Positions 38,441 to 47,158 of a stretch of DNA of 64,000 nt are shown here, piece after piece. Below the pieces are notes generated by a model that ran no database searches, had not been told where the DNA came from, and saw only the letters and a program-made list of their open reading frames with translations. Each line of letters starts with the position of its first letter. The first letter of the stretch is position 1. Where the stretch lies: NCBI GenBank assembly GCA_023244815.1, contig JAHFLQ010000001.1, positions 31,037 to 95,036 on the forward strand. The letters are read 5' to 3'. Position numbers and translations under genes: made by a program. The DNA comes from a bacterium. Its GTDB lineage: Bacteria > Patescibacteriota > Minisyncoccia > UBA6257 > WO2-44-18.

Positions 38441-40079
38441 TTTTTTTTAACTTGGCCAGCAATTTTTCCGCCTTCTCTTTTGGCAATGCTCCGCAAGTTA
38501 TTTTCACGGACGGCAACTTGGCATTAACGGTTTGAATATTCACGTGCGATCGGCTGATTACGCCAGTCAGCTCGCTCAATAGTCCGACACGGTCGCTGAT
38601 GGTAAATTTAAATTCCAGCGTTCGCAGTTCTTTTTTATTAAACATCGACGGGCCGGAATGGCGAAGTGCCGCGCGAATGTGGTTACGGGCGTTACCGGTG
38701 TGGACGAAGTTGAGCCAAGCCTCCGATGGGCCTTTGTTTTTTTGGGTCATAATTTCTACCATGTCGCCGGATTTCAGGGGGTGTTCCAGCGCGGCGATTT
38801 TGCCGTTTACTTTGGCACCGGAGCAGTGGTTGCCAATGTCAGTATGTATCTGGTAGGCGAAATCCACCGGTGTGGCGCCGACGGGCAAATCAATGACCTC
38901 GCCTTGAGGGGTGAGCGTTAAAATGCGATCTTTGAAAAAATCTATTTTTAAAGACTGGACGAACTCTTCCGAGTTAGTGAAATTTTTTTGCCAATTGCGA
39001 AGCTGTTGTATCCAGCCCAGCTCTTTTCTGTCGGCGAAAGCGACATTCCGCTCCAGGTAATTTTTGGTATTTTTTATTTGCTGATAGGCGAAGTGGGCAG
39101 CAATGCCGTTTTCCGCCTCGTCGTGCATTTGCTGGGTTTTGATTTGGATTTCGGTGATTTTATTTTCCGGCCCGAAAACAGTGGTATGGAGACTGCGGTA
39201 ACCGTTGGGTTTTGGCAGAGCGATGTAATCTTTGAAGCGATGGGGTACGGGCGGCCAGATTTTGTGAATCGTGCCCAGCGCGGCATAACAATCCTCCAGC
39301 GATTTCACGATGACACGCATGGCAACCAGATCGTAGATGCTTTCAATGTTCATATCATAGCGCAGCAGTTTTTTGTACAAACTGGTGTAGCGCTTGGCGC
39401 GCGAATCAATTTTGGTCATCTCCACCCCATCTTTGCGGAGCTCTTCTTCGAGAATCGGCTGGACGCGCCTGGAGTAACGTTCGCGCTCTTCAAAGCGTTC
39501 TTTCACGTTTTCGATCAGCCATTTATGTTCCTGCGGGTAGAGGTAGGGGAAGGCTAAATCTTCTAATTCACCGCTTAATTTTTGCATTCCAAGGCGATAG
39601 GCGAGCGGGGCGTAGATTTCCATTGTTTCTAGCGCTACGCGTTTCTGTTTCGATGGGTGGAGCGCGTAGAGCGTTTTCATATTGTTAAGGCGATCGGCAA
39701 GTTTCACCAAAATGACGCGGATATCCTGGCTCAAATACAAAATAAACTTGCGCAGATTTTCCACCTTGGCTTCTATGCCGCGATATTTAACTTTTCCAAT
39801 TTTGGTGACACCATCCACCAGAAACGACACTTCTTCGCCGAATTCGTTTCGTAAATCTTGAATCGTGAAGCTTGTATCCTCTACAGTGTCGTGCAGTAGA
39901 GCCGCGGCGATAGTCGGGTCGTCTAAACCCCATTCGACGATGGATTCGGCGGCCGCCAGAGGGTGATTGAAATACGGCTCGCCATTTTTCCTTTTCTGAC
40001 CGGCGTGCGCCTTTTTAGCAAAATCATAAGCCCGCCTGACCAAATCGCTCTTGCGGACTATTTCATTCAAAGTTGCCAT
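38403..40079 (-). CDS. rel: RelA/SpoT family bifunctional (p)ppGpp synthetase/hydrolase
   Basis: HD domain (LLHDTVED, KLADR), synthetase (KDYIALPKPNGYRSLHT, EIQI), TGS, ACT-like C-terminus. Confidence 0.93.
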   Translation of the reverse strand: MATLNEIVRKSDLVRRAYDFAKKAHAGQKRKNGEPYFNHPLAAAESIVEWGLDDPTIAAALLHDTVEDTSFTIQDLRNEFGEEVSFLVDGVTKIGKVKYRGIEAKVENLRKFILYLSQDIRVILVKLADRLNNMKTLYALHPSKQKRVALETMEIYAPLAYRLGMQKLSGELEDLAFPYLYPQEHKWLIENVKERFEERERYSRRVQPILEEELRKDGVEMTKIDSRAKRYTSLYKKLLRYDMNIESIYDLVAMRVIVKSLEDCYAALGTIHKIWPPVPHRFKDYIALPKPNGYRSLHTTVFGPENKITEIQIKTQQMHDEAENGIAAHFAYQQIKNTKNYLERNVAFADRKELGWIQQLRNWQKNFTNSEEFVQSLKIDFFKDRILTLTPQGEVIDLPVGATPVDFAYQIHTDIGNHCSGAKVNGKIAALEHPLKSGDMVEIMTQKNKGPSEAWLNFVHTGNARNHIRAALRHSGPSMFNKKELRTLEFKFTISDRVGLLSELTGVISRSHVNIQTVNAKLPSVKITCGALPKEKAEKLLAKLKKIKEIREASYRFV

Positions 40080-40129
40080 TTTCTTACTATTAACTTATTA
40101 TATGGTCAGCTTTTTCACAAGGAGAGGCG

Positions 40130-41179
40130 ATGAATTACTTTACCGACCGAATCCTCGATCGTTGGCGGGAAATGGTCCAGGACAATAGAAATGTCCACGT
40201 TTTCGTGGACGAACAGAAACTAGGCACAGTCGCCAGCGATTGGGCGAAGTTGAGCTTGGAGAAAGACGCACCACCGCCGAATTGGCGGACAAAGGGCGTC
40301 GAGCCGGAGAACAATATCGCTTTTGTCTCCCAACTGCTTTACAAATCCGCAATCGATTTCGCTTTCACGCTTTTTGATCCGCCCCACGACCAATACAAAG
40401 TGGAAGAATTTTCCGGTAGTTCGGCGATGGGCAGATGTTTTTACCGGTACTTTGGGGAAAATCCGGTGCCGGCCGAAACGTTTCTGCAAATGCGGAACGA
40501 CTGGTGCGAGGGTGACCATAGGGCGGCCACGGAATTTTTTCAAGGCGACAATCTTCCGTCGTTGCTTGGCGAGCGAGTTTTACACCTCGCTGAAGTTGCC
40601 GAGGTGATGGAGAGGGACTTCAGAGACGACATTATGCGGTTTGTCCGATTTCCCTTTTCCGACTTATGCGCCGTAAGTTCTTATGAGACATTGCAGATTG
40701 GATTGGTAGAAGTGCTGCTCAAAATTTTCCCAACTGCCTTTGGTCAGGATCACCACAACCACCAATTATATTTCGCGAAGCGCCCGCAGCTGTTTGTTTT
40801 GATGTATCACGGCCGCGCGCTAGATTCCGGCGGTGAGCTACCGCTTTTAAGGGACCCGGAGCATATCGGGCCCGTCGTGGATTACCAAGTGCCGAACTGT
40901 CTGCGTTCCCTCAATGTTCTGTGCTATTCGGAAACGCTGGGCAAAACAATCAATGATTGCAAGATGATTGCCAGGCAGTCTCCCGAAGAGCTGGAAATCC
41001 GCATCGCCACGACCTACGCGGTAGCCGAGCTTCTTGAGAGAATCAACAAAATCCGGCGCGCCGTGGTAGCTGATTGCCGCCCTTGGACGATGCTCGAGCT
41101 CGATTTCAAACTCTGGTCGGAAGGCCGCGAGGCCTCCAAGGAAATCCCGCACCACCTTTGCATAACCACCGACTACTAG
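40130..41179 (+). CDS. queuosine salvage family protein (DUF2419/Qng1-like)
   Basis: FAKRPQL, VDYQVP..LR.L.VL.YS..L, EELEIR, LDFKLW, PHHLCITTDY C-terminus. Confidence 0.78.
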   Translation: MNYFTDRILDRWREMVQDNRNVHVFVDEQKLGTVASDWAKLSLEKDAPPPNWRTKGVEPENNIAFVSQLLYKSAIDFAFTLFDPPHDQYKVEEFSGSSAMGRCFYRYFGENPVPAETFLQMRNDWCEGDHRAATEFFQGDNLPSLLGERVLHLAEVAEVMERDFRDDIMRFVRFPFSDLCAVSSYETLQIGLVEVLLKIFPTAFGQDHHNHQLYFAKRPQLFVLMYHGRALDSGGELPLLRDPEHIGPVVDYQVPNCLRSLNVLCYSETLGKTINDCKMIARQSPEELEIRIATTYAVAELLERINKIRRAVVADCRPWTMLELDFKLWSEGREASKEIPHHLCITTDY

Positions 41180-41231
41180 CGGCTGTTCTTCAAGTGGAGC
41201 GGCAAAAAGTAAAAAACCAAACCTCCGAATC

Positions 41232-43250
41232 CTAGGATTCGGAGGTTTTTATTTTTTCGGTTGATTTTTCTTCCTTTGGCGGAGGGTTGAGTGGATTAGT
41301 CCAGGAAGCGTAGTCGCATTTCGGGTAGCGGGAACAGCCCCAGAACATTTTTCCTCGGGCGCGTCCCTTAGACACCTTTCTCTCAATTACCTCGCCTTCT
41401 AAGCACTTCGGGCATTTCATCCCGATCATTTTCGGCGGTTCTTTAGCCAGGGCTTTGGTAGTTTTGCAGTCGGGAAATCCGGAGCAGGCGAGGAATTTTC
41501 CGAAACGACCGTATTTAACCATCATCGGTTTGCCGCACTTCTCGCACTTCTCATCTGTCATCTCTTCCTTAACCAATTCGCTTTTGTTTACTTCCAGATA
41601 TTTTTCCTCCAGATTCTTCGCGAACGGAACGTAAAAATCGCCGATGACCTGTTGCCATTTTTCTTTGCCATGCGCGACGTTATCCAATTGTTCTTCCATT
41701 TTAGCGGTGAAATCAATGTCCACGATCTGCGGGAAATGCTCGGTGAGTACCTTATTGACCAATTCCCCGGTTTCGGTTGGTTTGAAATTGCCCTGTTCTT
41801 TTTGGACATAGTTGCGCGTCTGGATCACCGATAATGTTGGCGCGTAAGTGGACGGGCGACCGATCCCATGTTCTTCTAGCGCCTTGATCAGCGTGGCTTC
41901 CGAGTAGCGTGGCAGTGGTTCGGTGAAGTGTTGGAACGGAGTTATTTCTTTTGCGGATAACTTTTCTCCCTTTTCCAAATCCGGTAGGGTTTTTTCGGAA
42001 AATTTTTGTGGCCAGACTTTCAAATAGCCATCGAAAATAATCTGCTGGCCATTGGCGCGAAGTGTGTATTTGCCCTGGCCGGGCAGGCCGGCGGTGGCGT
42101 CGGCGGCGGTCAGAGAGATCTTTGCCTCCGGCATCTGTGAAGCGACGGCGCGTTGCCAGACCATTTTATAAAGTTTCTTTTCGCTGGCGTCGGTTAGGCC
42201 GATAGCGTCCGGAATTTCCGCGACATTGGTAGGGCGGATAGCTTCGTGCGCTTCTTGTACAAGCTTGGATTTGGATTTGAAAAAACGGGGAGCGGTAAGG
42301 GCGTATTCTTTACCAAGCTCTTTTTCCAGCCAGGTCTTCGCCACACCGACGAATTCGTTGGAAAGGTTTACCGAGTCAGTGCGCATGTAAGTGATGTGAC
42401 CGTTTTCATAAAGGTGTTGGGCGATGACCATTGTTTTTTTAGCAGAATAACCGAGCCGGCGGGCAGCTTCCTGCTGCATCGTGCTGGTGGTGAATGGCGC
42501 TGGGGGATTTTTAGTCGCTTCCTTGCTATGAAGGCCGGTAATTTCAAAATTTGATTTTCGGAGATCGGCGACAATTTCCTCGGCCCGCTCTTTAGTTTTA
42601 ATTTCAAATTTATCAATTGCCTTATCCTCAATCTTTGTTAGGTTAAACTCTATTGGAACGCCACTTTTTAGGAGCTGGGCGACAATCGTCCAGTATTCTT
42701 CCGGCTTGAAAGCGCGAATTTCGTTTTCCCGCTCGACGATAAGGCGGACGGCTACCGATTGCACGCGTCCCGCCGAAAGGCCACGCACTACTTTTTTCCA
42801 GAGAAATGGAGAAAGCTTGTAGCCGACCAGGCGATCTAAAATACGACGCGCTTGCTGGGCATCAATTAAATTGGAATCGAGCGCGCGCGGATGTTTGAGC
42901 GCGTTTTCAATCGCGCTTTTGGTGATTTCGTGGAAAACAATCCGGCGCGGTTTTTTGATGCCGAGCGTTTCTGCCAAGTGCCAGGCGATCGCCTCTCCTT
43001 CACGGTCTTCATCAGTAGCGAGAATAATTTCGCCGCTTTTTTTGGCGTCTTCTTTGAGCTGTTTAACAACTTTTTTGGCTTTGATCGGAACGATGTACTT
43101 GGGTTCGAAGTTTTTTTCCACATCGATGCCGAGCGTACTTTTCGGCAAATCTCGGATGTGCCCATAAGATGATTCCACCTTATAATCACTGCCGAGGAAT
43201 TTGCTAATAGTCTTGGCTTTAGTTGGCGACTCTACTATTACTAAATTCAT
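41232..43250 (-). CDS. topA: DNA topoisomerase I
   Basis: IVESPTKAKTI, ATDEDREGE, SAGRVQS, ITYMRTDS, GIGRPSTY, C-terminal zinc ribbons. Confidence 0.97.
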   Translation of the reverse strand: MNLVIVESPTKAKTISKFLGSDYKVESSYGHIRDLPKSTLGIDVEKNFEPKYIVPIKAKKVVKQLKEDAKKSGEIILATDEDREGEAIAWHLAETLGIKKPRRIVFHEITKSAIENALKHPRALDSNLIDAQQARRILDRLVGYKLSPFLWKKVVRGLSAGRVQSVAVRLIVERENEIRAFKPEEYWTIVAQLLKSGVPIEFNLTKIEDKAIDKFEIKTKERAEEIVADLRKSNFEITGLHSKEATKNPPAPFTTSTMQQEAARRLGYSAKKTMVIAQHLYENGHITYMRTDSVNLSNEFVGVAKTWLEKELGKEYALTAPRFFKSKSKLVQEAHEAIRPTNVAEIPDAIGLTDASEKKLYKMVWQRAVASQMPEAKISLTAADATAGLPGQGKYTLRANGQQIIFDGYLKVWPQKFSEKTLPDLEKGEKLSAKEITPFQHFTEPLPRYSEATLIKALEEHGIGRPSTYAPTLSVIQTRNYVQKEQGNFKPTETGELVNKVLTEHFPQIVDIDFTAKMEEQLDNVAHGKEKWQQVIGDFYVPFAKNLEEKYLEVNKSELVKEEMTDEKCEKCGKPMMVKYGRFGKFLACSGFPDCKTTKALAKEPPKMIGMKCPKCLEGEVIERKVSKGRARGKMFWGCSRYPKCDYASWTNPLNPPPKEEKSTEKIKTSES

Positions 43251-43356
43251 CCCGTTAGAAATTTATATTATAATTTATTGATTATTGTGTCCGCCGATTT
43301 TCCTTGAAAGAGTCTTGCCCGTAGAAATATTTTACTTTTAAAATTCCTAATGGGAT
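43249..43356. mobile_element. CCCGTTAGA-family element, copy D (108 bp), at the topA start codon
   Basis: ATCCCGTTAGAAATTT ... AAATTCCTAATGGGAT. ATTCAT at 43245-43250 and 43355-43360. Confidence 0.7.
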
Positions 43357-43369
43357 TCATTTTTTATTT

Positions 43370-44251
43370 TTAACGCGCCAGAAAGTAGCGGCCGCTTTCT
43401 TCTTTAACGATACCCTGAATTAAAAGCAAAGTCAGGTTTCGATTGACGACAGAAATATCAATTTTCGTCAGATCGCGGATTTTGTCAACATCAACCGGTT
43501 CGCCCGAAGACCGCAAAACTGCGAGAACCGCCCGCTGGTCATCATTCAGCCCCGCCTCTTTCATATATAGCAAAGTCTGTTGGGTATGGGCGGGGGCGAG
43601 ATTTAAATCGTCCAGGATTTCCGCGGCGTTGGTAACGAGCCGGGCACCGGCACGAAGTAGAGCATGTGCGCCTTTGTAATTGTCATGATTTACCGGCCCA
43701 GGCACTACAAATACCTCTCTGTTTTGTTCGAGAGCGTGAGCGGCGGTAGAAAGCGCTCCGGATTTTTCCGGGGCTTCCACTACCACAACGCCAACAGACA
43801 GGCCGCTAACGATACGGTTGCGTTCCAGGAAATGATTTTTGAGGCTAGGTTTGCCGGGCTCGTATTCGCTGATAATGCCGCCGCCCATTTCTAAAATTTG
43901 TTTAGCGAGGTTTTCGTTTTGGGCAGGATAGATTCTGTTTATGCCAACTGGTAAGACAGCGATGGTTTTACCTTTGCCGGCAAGTGCGCCTTCATGAGCC
44001 GCGGCGTCAATTCCCAACGCCAAGCCGCTAACAATTGCCGCTCCTGCTTCGGCTAATTCCCTGGCTAATTTTTTGGCAATAGCTAAGCCAGTCGCGGTAG
44101 CTTTGCGTGTGCCGACAATCGCGATATGTGGCTGATCGGAATCCGGCAGCACGCCTTTATAGTAAATCGTCCCCGGAGGAACGGGGATTTCTGTTAAAAG
44201 AATCGGGTAATTTTTGTCACTGAGCCGCAAAATCTTAAAATCGGCAGGCAT
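43370..44251 (-). CDS. dprA: DNA-processing protein DprA
   Basis: IVGTR, VSGLALGIDAAAH, RNRIVSGL, VVEAPEKSGAL, C-terminal wHTH; ATG at 44251. Confidence 0.94.
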   Translation of the reverse strand: MPADFKILRLSDKNYPILLTEIPVPPGTIYYKGVLPDSDQPHIAIVGTRKATATGLAIAKKLARELAEAGAAIVSGLALGIDAAAHEGALAGKGKTIAVLPVGINRIYPAQNENLAKQILEMGGGIISEYEPGKPSLKNHFLERNRIVSGLSVGVVVVEAPEKSGALSTAAHALEQNREVFVVPGPVNHDNYKGAHALLRAGARLVTNAAEILDDLNLAPAHTQQTLLYMKEAGLNDDQRAVLAVLRSSGEPVDVDKIRDLTKIDISVVNRNLTLLLIQGIVKEESGRYFLAR

Positions 44252-44279
44252 GGGATTGTGATATAATAACAGTATAGTA

Positions 44280-44807
44280 ATGATAAACAGTTTTAAAAAG
44301 CAACTTTTAACACAACTGGGCATCGCTCTTGGAGCAGTGACATTGATGATATTTGCCGCCCAGTTTATTGCCGGTGATCTAGGCGCGCACGCTAGAAAAA
44401 TCCTCAATCAGAAAAGCGAACTTGCTTTTCGCACTCAGGCCACTGGTCAGCTGGCGACACTGAAAGCGGATTCCGACAAGGCCCAGCCGTTGTTTACAGC
44501 ATTAAATGGAGCTTTGCCGCTAAAAGATGATCTGATCAACTTCGGGCAATCTTTAATCTTAGTTGCCAAGAATGAAAAAATCGATCTTGGTTTCAATTTT
44601 GGCGGTGAGACCGCGCCGAAAGGGGATATACCGGGATTTATCCGTTTCTCTATTACCGGTAGTGGTTCTTACGAAAACTTTCAGAAATTTTTAAAGGATC
44701 TGGAAAAAAGTCGGTATTTTGTAAAGCTCAACTCCATTGACCTCACTCGCCAGCCAGGCAATACTGCTTACAGCATTCTCGCGGACGGGCAGGTATTTTA
44801 TCAATAA
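44280..44807 (+). CDS. type IV pilus assembly PilO-like protein
   Basis: N-terminal TM, coiled coil, GSYENFQKFLKDLEKSRYFV motif. Confidence 0.7.
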   Translation: MINSFKKQLLTQLGIALGAVTLMIFAAQFIAGDLGAHARKILNQKSELAFRTQATGQLATLKADSDKAQPLFTALNGALPLKDDLINFGQSLILVAKNEKIDLGFNFGGETAPKGDIPGFIRFSITGSGSYENFQKFLKDLEKSRYFVKLNSIDLTRQPGNTAYSILADGQVFYQ

Positions 44808-44808
44808 T

Positions 44809-45000
44809 ATGGCCAACAAGAATCTTTTATTTTATGTAATTGGCGGCCTGCTATCGTTACTTTTGATAATTTATGTAGTTTATTTACTAAATTTTTTGGT
44901 TAGCCAGATATCCGTGGTTTCGGGCGCCGGTCCGTTGAATGTGCCTAAAATTGAGACTTACAACTTTGAAAAGTTTAGTCAGTTAAAGGGTTCGCAATAG
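44809..45000 (+). CDS. small single-TM protein
   Basis: MANKNLLFYVIGGLLSLLLIIYVVYLL; starts 1 nt after the PilO-like stop. Confidence 0.6.
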   Translation: MANKNLLFYVIGGLLSLLLIIYVVYLLNFLVSQISVVSGAGPLNVPKIETYNFEKFSQLKGSQ

Positions 45001-45053
45001 TTGATTTAGGTGACTAATTCGGTATACTAGCTATTATTGATTAGTCGGTTTTT

Positions 45054-45143
45054 GCGTGTGTAGTTCAGTGGGTCGAGGCCAGTAGGCCGAGACGGGTGGT
45101 CGATGTACCATATAATGGCCGCCCCGGGATGAACCTGTCCTGA
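45054..45143 (+). repeat. tRNA-Ile 5'-half copy with D-loop insertion
   Basis: GCGTGTGTAGTTCAGTGG-[about 59 nt]-GAACCTGTCCTGA versus tRNA GCGCATGTAGTTCAGTGGTAGAACGCTGTCCTGA. Confidence 0.65.
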
Positions 45144-45159
45144 CCCAGCACTAAAATAT

Positions 45160-45231
45160 GCGCATGTAGTTCAGTGGTAGAACGCTGTCCTGATAAGACA
45201 GAGGTCGTAGGTTCGATTCCTACCATGCGCA
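45160..45231 (+). tRNA. tRNA-Ile(GAT)
   Basis: GCGCATGTAGTTCAGTGGTAGAACGCTGTCCTGATAAGACAGAGGTCGTAGGTTCGATTCCTACCATGCGCA. Confidence 0.95.
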
Positions 45232-45240
45232 CCGCTATAT

Positions 45241-45353
45241 TAGAATCGAACGCCGGAGCGATTTTTCCAGCAGGAAAAATCGTGAGGCGGTGCCCAGACC
45301 TCGGCGAGCGACGGCGAGCCGAGAGTCGCGGGTGATTCCTTCCACACGCACCG
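45241..45353 (+). repeat. tRNA-Ile-linked structured element
   Basis: Inverted T-loop TAGAATCGAAC at 45241; hairpins CGATTTTTCCAGCAGGAAAAATCG and CTCGGC..GCCGAG; direct 3' copy at 45334-45353 (17/20). Confidence 0.75.
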
Positions 45354-45386
45354 TGATTTAACTGAAAATGGCTTCTTTTAGCCCTA

Positions 45387-45415
45387 TTGACAAAATAGAA
45401 TTAGCGTGCTAAAGT
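45387..45415 (+). promoter_or_regulatory. sigma70 promoter of the 3D-domain gene
   Basis: TTGACA-N17-TAAAGT with extended TG. Confidence 0.55.
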
Positions 45416-45483
45416 AGGCTCAAATAAAGGATCCCTTATGTGGGGGGTTTTTATTTCCTGCCACAGGCGGTAAACAAAAAAAC

Positions 45484-45945
45484 ATGAATATTTTTACTAC
45501 CAAATTCGTCCATGGAGCCATCGCCATAGCTCTGCTTGCGAATGCTTCTACCGGCTCAATCCCAGTAATTTACGCCGAAAGCGATCTCGGCCCAGTTTTT
45601 GAAAATGTCATTCAAGACACTTCAATTACCGCCAAGACCCCTTTGGAAGAGGGTGTTAAGCGTATTGCCGCGAAAGTGACCGCCTATTCTTCTACTCCGG
45701 ACCAGACCGACGATACGCCGTTTACTACAGCTTCCGGCGCTCATGTAGCGGACGGTATTGTAGCCGCTAACTTCTTGCCGCTTCATACCCACATCAAGAT
45801 TCCGGAATTATTTGGCGAAAAGGTTTTCGTAGTTGAGGACCGGATGGCCAAGCGCTTCCAAGACCGAGTGGATATTTGGATGCCGGATCGTTCCAGTGCT
45901 CGTAAGTTCGGTTTGCATAAAGCCGAAATCGTAGTGCTTCAGTAA
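45484..45945 (+). CDS. secreted 3D-domain (MltA-like) protein
   Basis: VTAYSSTPDQTDDTPFTTASG, VAANFLP, VVEDRM, VDIWM. Confidence 0.85.
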   Translation: MNIFTTKFVHGAIAIALLANASTGSIPVIYAESDLGPVFENVIQDTSITAKTPLEEGVKRIAAKVTAYSSTPDQTDDTPFTTASGAHVADGIVAANFLPLHTHIKIPELFGEKVFVVEDRMAKRFQDRVDIWMPDRSSARKFGLHKAEIVVLQ

Positions 45946-46012
45946 CTACAAACCCCCGATATACATCGGGGGTTTGTTATACTTAAAAGCAATGATGGGG
46001 CATATATTAAAG

Positions 46013-46351
46013 ATGCGGTTGGCAATTTTGCTTTTAAGCATTGGCCTTGCCGCCACATTTTTCTATGCCGCGATTTCTTCACTCCAGCGTCCAGACGACT
46101 GGGTCGGATTTCTCCCGGCATTTTTACGCAGCGATCCATTAGCTGGCACCTTGCTGACTATTTTTTCTATTTTTGAAATTGGCCTTGCGGTCTGGCTGGT
46201 TTCTGGAATTAAAACTACTTTTGCGGCGATGATTTCCGCGGCAGTGATGGTTGGAATAATTCTGGCGGACCCGGGCGCCTTAATTATTACTTTCCGCGAT
46301 ATCGGACTGGCTTTTGCCGCCGTCGCACTGGCTGTTTTAGCAAAGCATTAG
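46013..46351 (+). CDS. DoxX family membrane protein
   Basis: IGLAATFFYAAI...P..W.GFLP, FEIGLA, FRDIGLA; start could be 45992. Confidence 0.7.
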   Translation: MRLAILLLSIGLAATFFYAAISSLQRPDDWVGFLPAFLRSDPLAGTLLTIFSIFEIGLAVWLVSGIKTTFAAMISAAVMVGIILADPGALIITFRDIGLAFAAVALAVLAKH

Positions 46352-46608
46352 CTGATAAACTGAAAATAGCTCAGCTGAAAGGAGACAGCCTGTGGACGAA
46401 CGCGACTTTTTGGTACGCAACGGTTTTTGGGTTCTTCTTGTTGTCGGCATCATCCTTTTTGTACTCAGATTGAAGTACCACCTTCGCGGCAAATGTTCTG
46501 GTTGTTCGCACTGTCCCTGCCGGTGCCAAGAATGTCTAAAGAAAAAAGAAAATCCCCAGAAATAGGGGATTTTACTTTTTGGTTTTTAATGGTAATAATG
46601 TTTACGAT

Positions 46609-46680
46609 GGCGCCGTAGCCAAGTGGTAAGGCAGGAGTCTGCAAAACTTCTATTCGGGAGTTCGATTCTCCCCGGCGCCT
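46609..46680 (+). tRNA. tRNA-Cys(GCA)
   Basis: GGCGCCGTAGCCAAGTGGTAAGGCAGGAGTCTGCAAAACTTCTATTCGGGAGTTCGATTCTCCCCGGCGCCT. Confidence 0.94.
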
Positions 46681-46693
46681 CAAAACCGAATAT

Positions 46694-46777
46694 GCCTGGG
46701 TGGCGAAATTGGTATACGCAGCAGACTTAAGATCTGCCGCTCGCAAGAGCGTGCCGGTTCGAGTCCGGCCCCAGGCA
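46694..46777 (+). tRNA. tRNA-Leu(TAA)
   Basis: GCCTGGGTGGCGAAATTGGTATACGCAGCAGACTTAAGATCTGCCGCTCGCAAGAGCGTGCCGGTTCGAGTCCGGCCCCAGGCA. Confidence 0.95.
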
Positions 46778-46810
46778 CCGAATTAAAAACCAACTCCTTT
46801 GGGTTGGTTT

Positions 46811-47158
46811 TTAATTTTCTTCGCCCTCTTCGACTTCCAGCAATGCTTTTTCTACCTGCGCGGCTTTTTCCGGACCAAGATCCAGGCGGAAAGCGATTTG
46901 GGGCGTAGGTTTAATATTCATTTTGCGGACCAGCTGATATTGCAAACTCTTGCGGGCCTTCTCCAGAATTTTCAGAACCTCTCCGGCTTTTTCTGCCGGG
47001 AGCACGCTGATTTTCACCATCGCCTGCGTCACGTCTTTGCTGATCTGGACATCGGTAATAGTTAAAAGGGCGCCCGGGGTTTCAATTTCCCGCAGAATTA
47101 ATTGATTTAATTGATCGCGGAGCAGGGAGCTGACCCTGTCCGGCCTATGAAACTTCAT
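46811..47158 (-). CDS. rbfA: ribosome-binding factor A
   Basis: RPDRVSSLL, LTITDVQISKD, KPTPQIAFRLD; directly downstream of infB. Confidence 0.9.
   Translation of the reverse strand: MKFHRPDRVSSLLRDQLNQLILREIETPGALLTITDVQISKDVTQAMVKISVLPAEKAGEVLKILEKARKSLQYQLVRKMNIKPTPQIAFRLDLGPEKAAQVEKALLEVEEGEEN

Noticed and set aside
45054-45353. Intron-containing tRNA or tmRNA
   Set aside because: The inner tRNA is complete and uninterrupted. No group I core, alanine G-U acceptor identity or tag ORF is visible.
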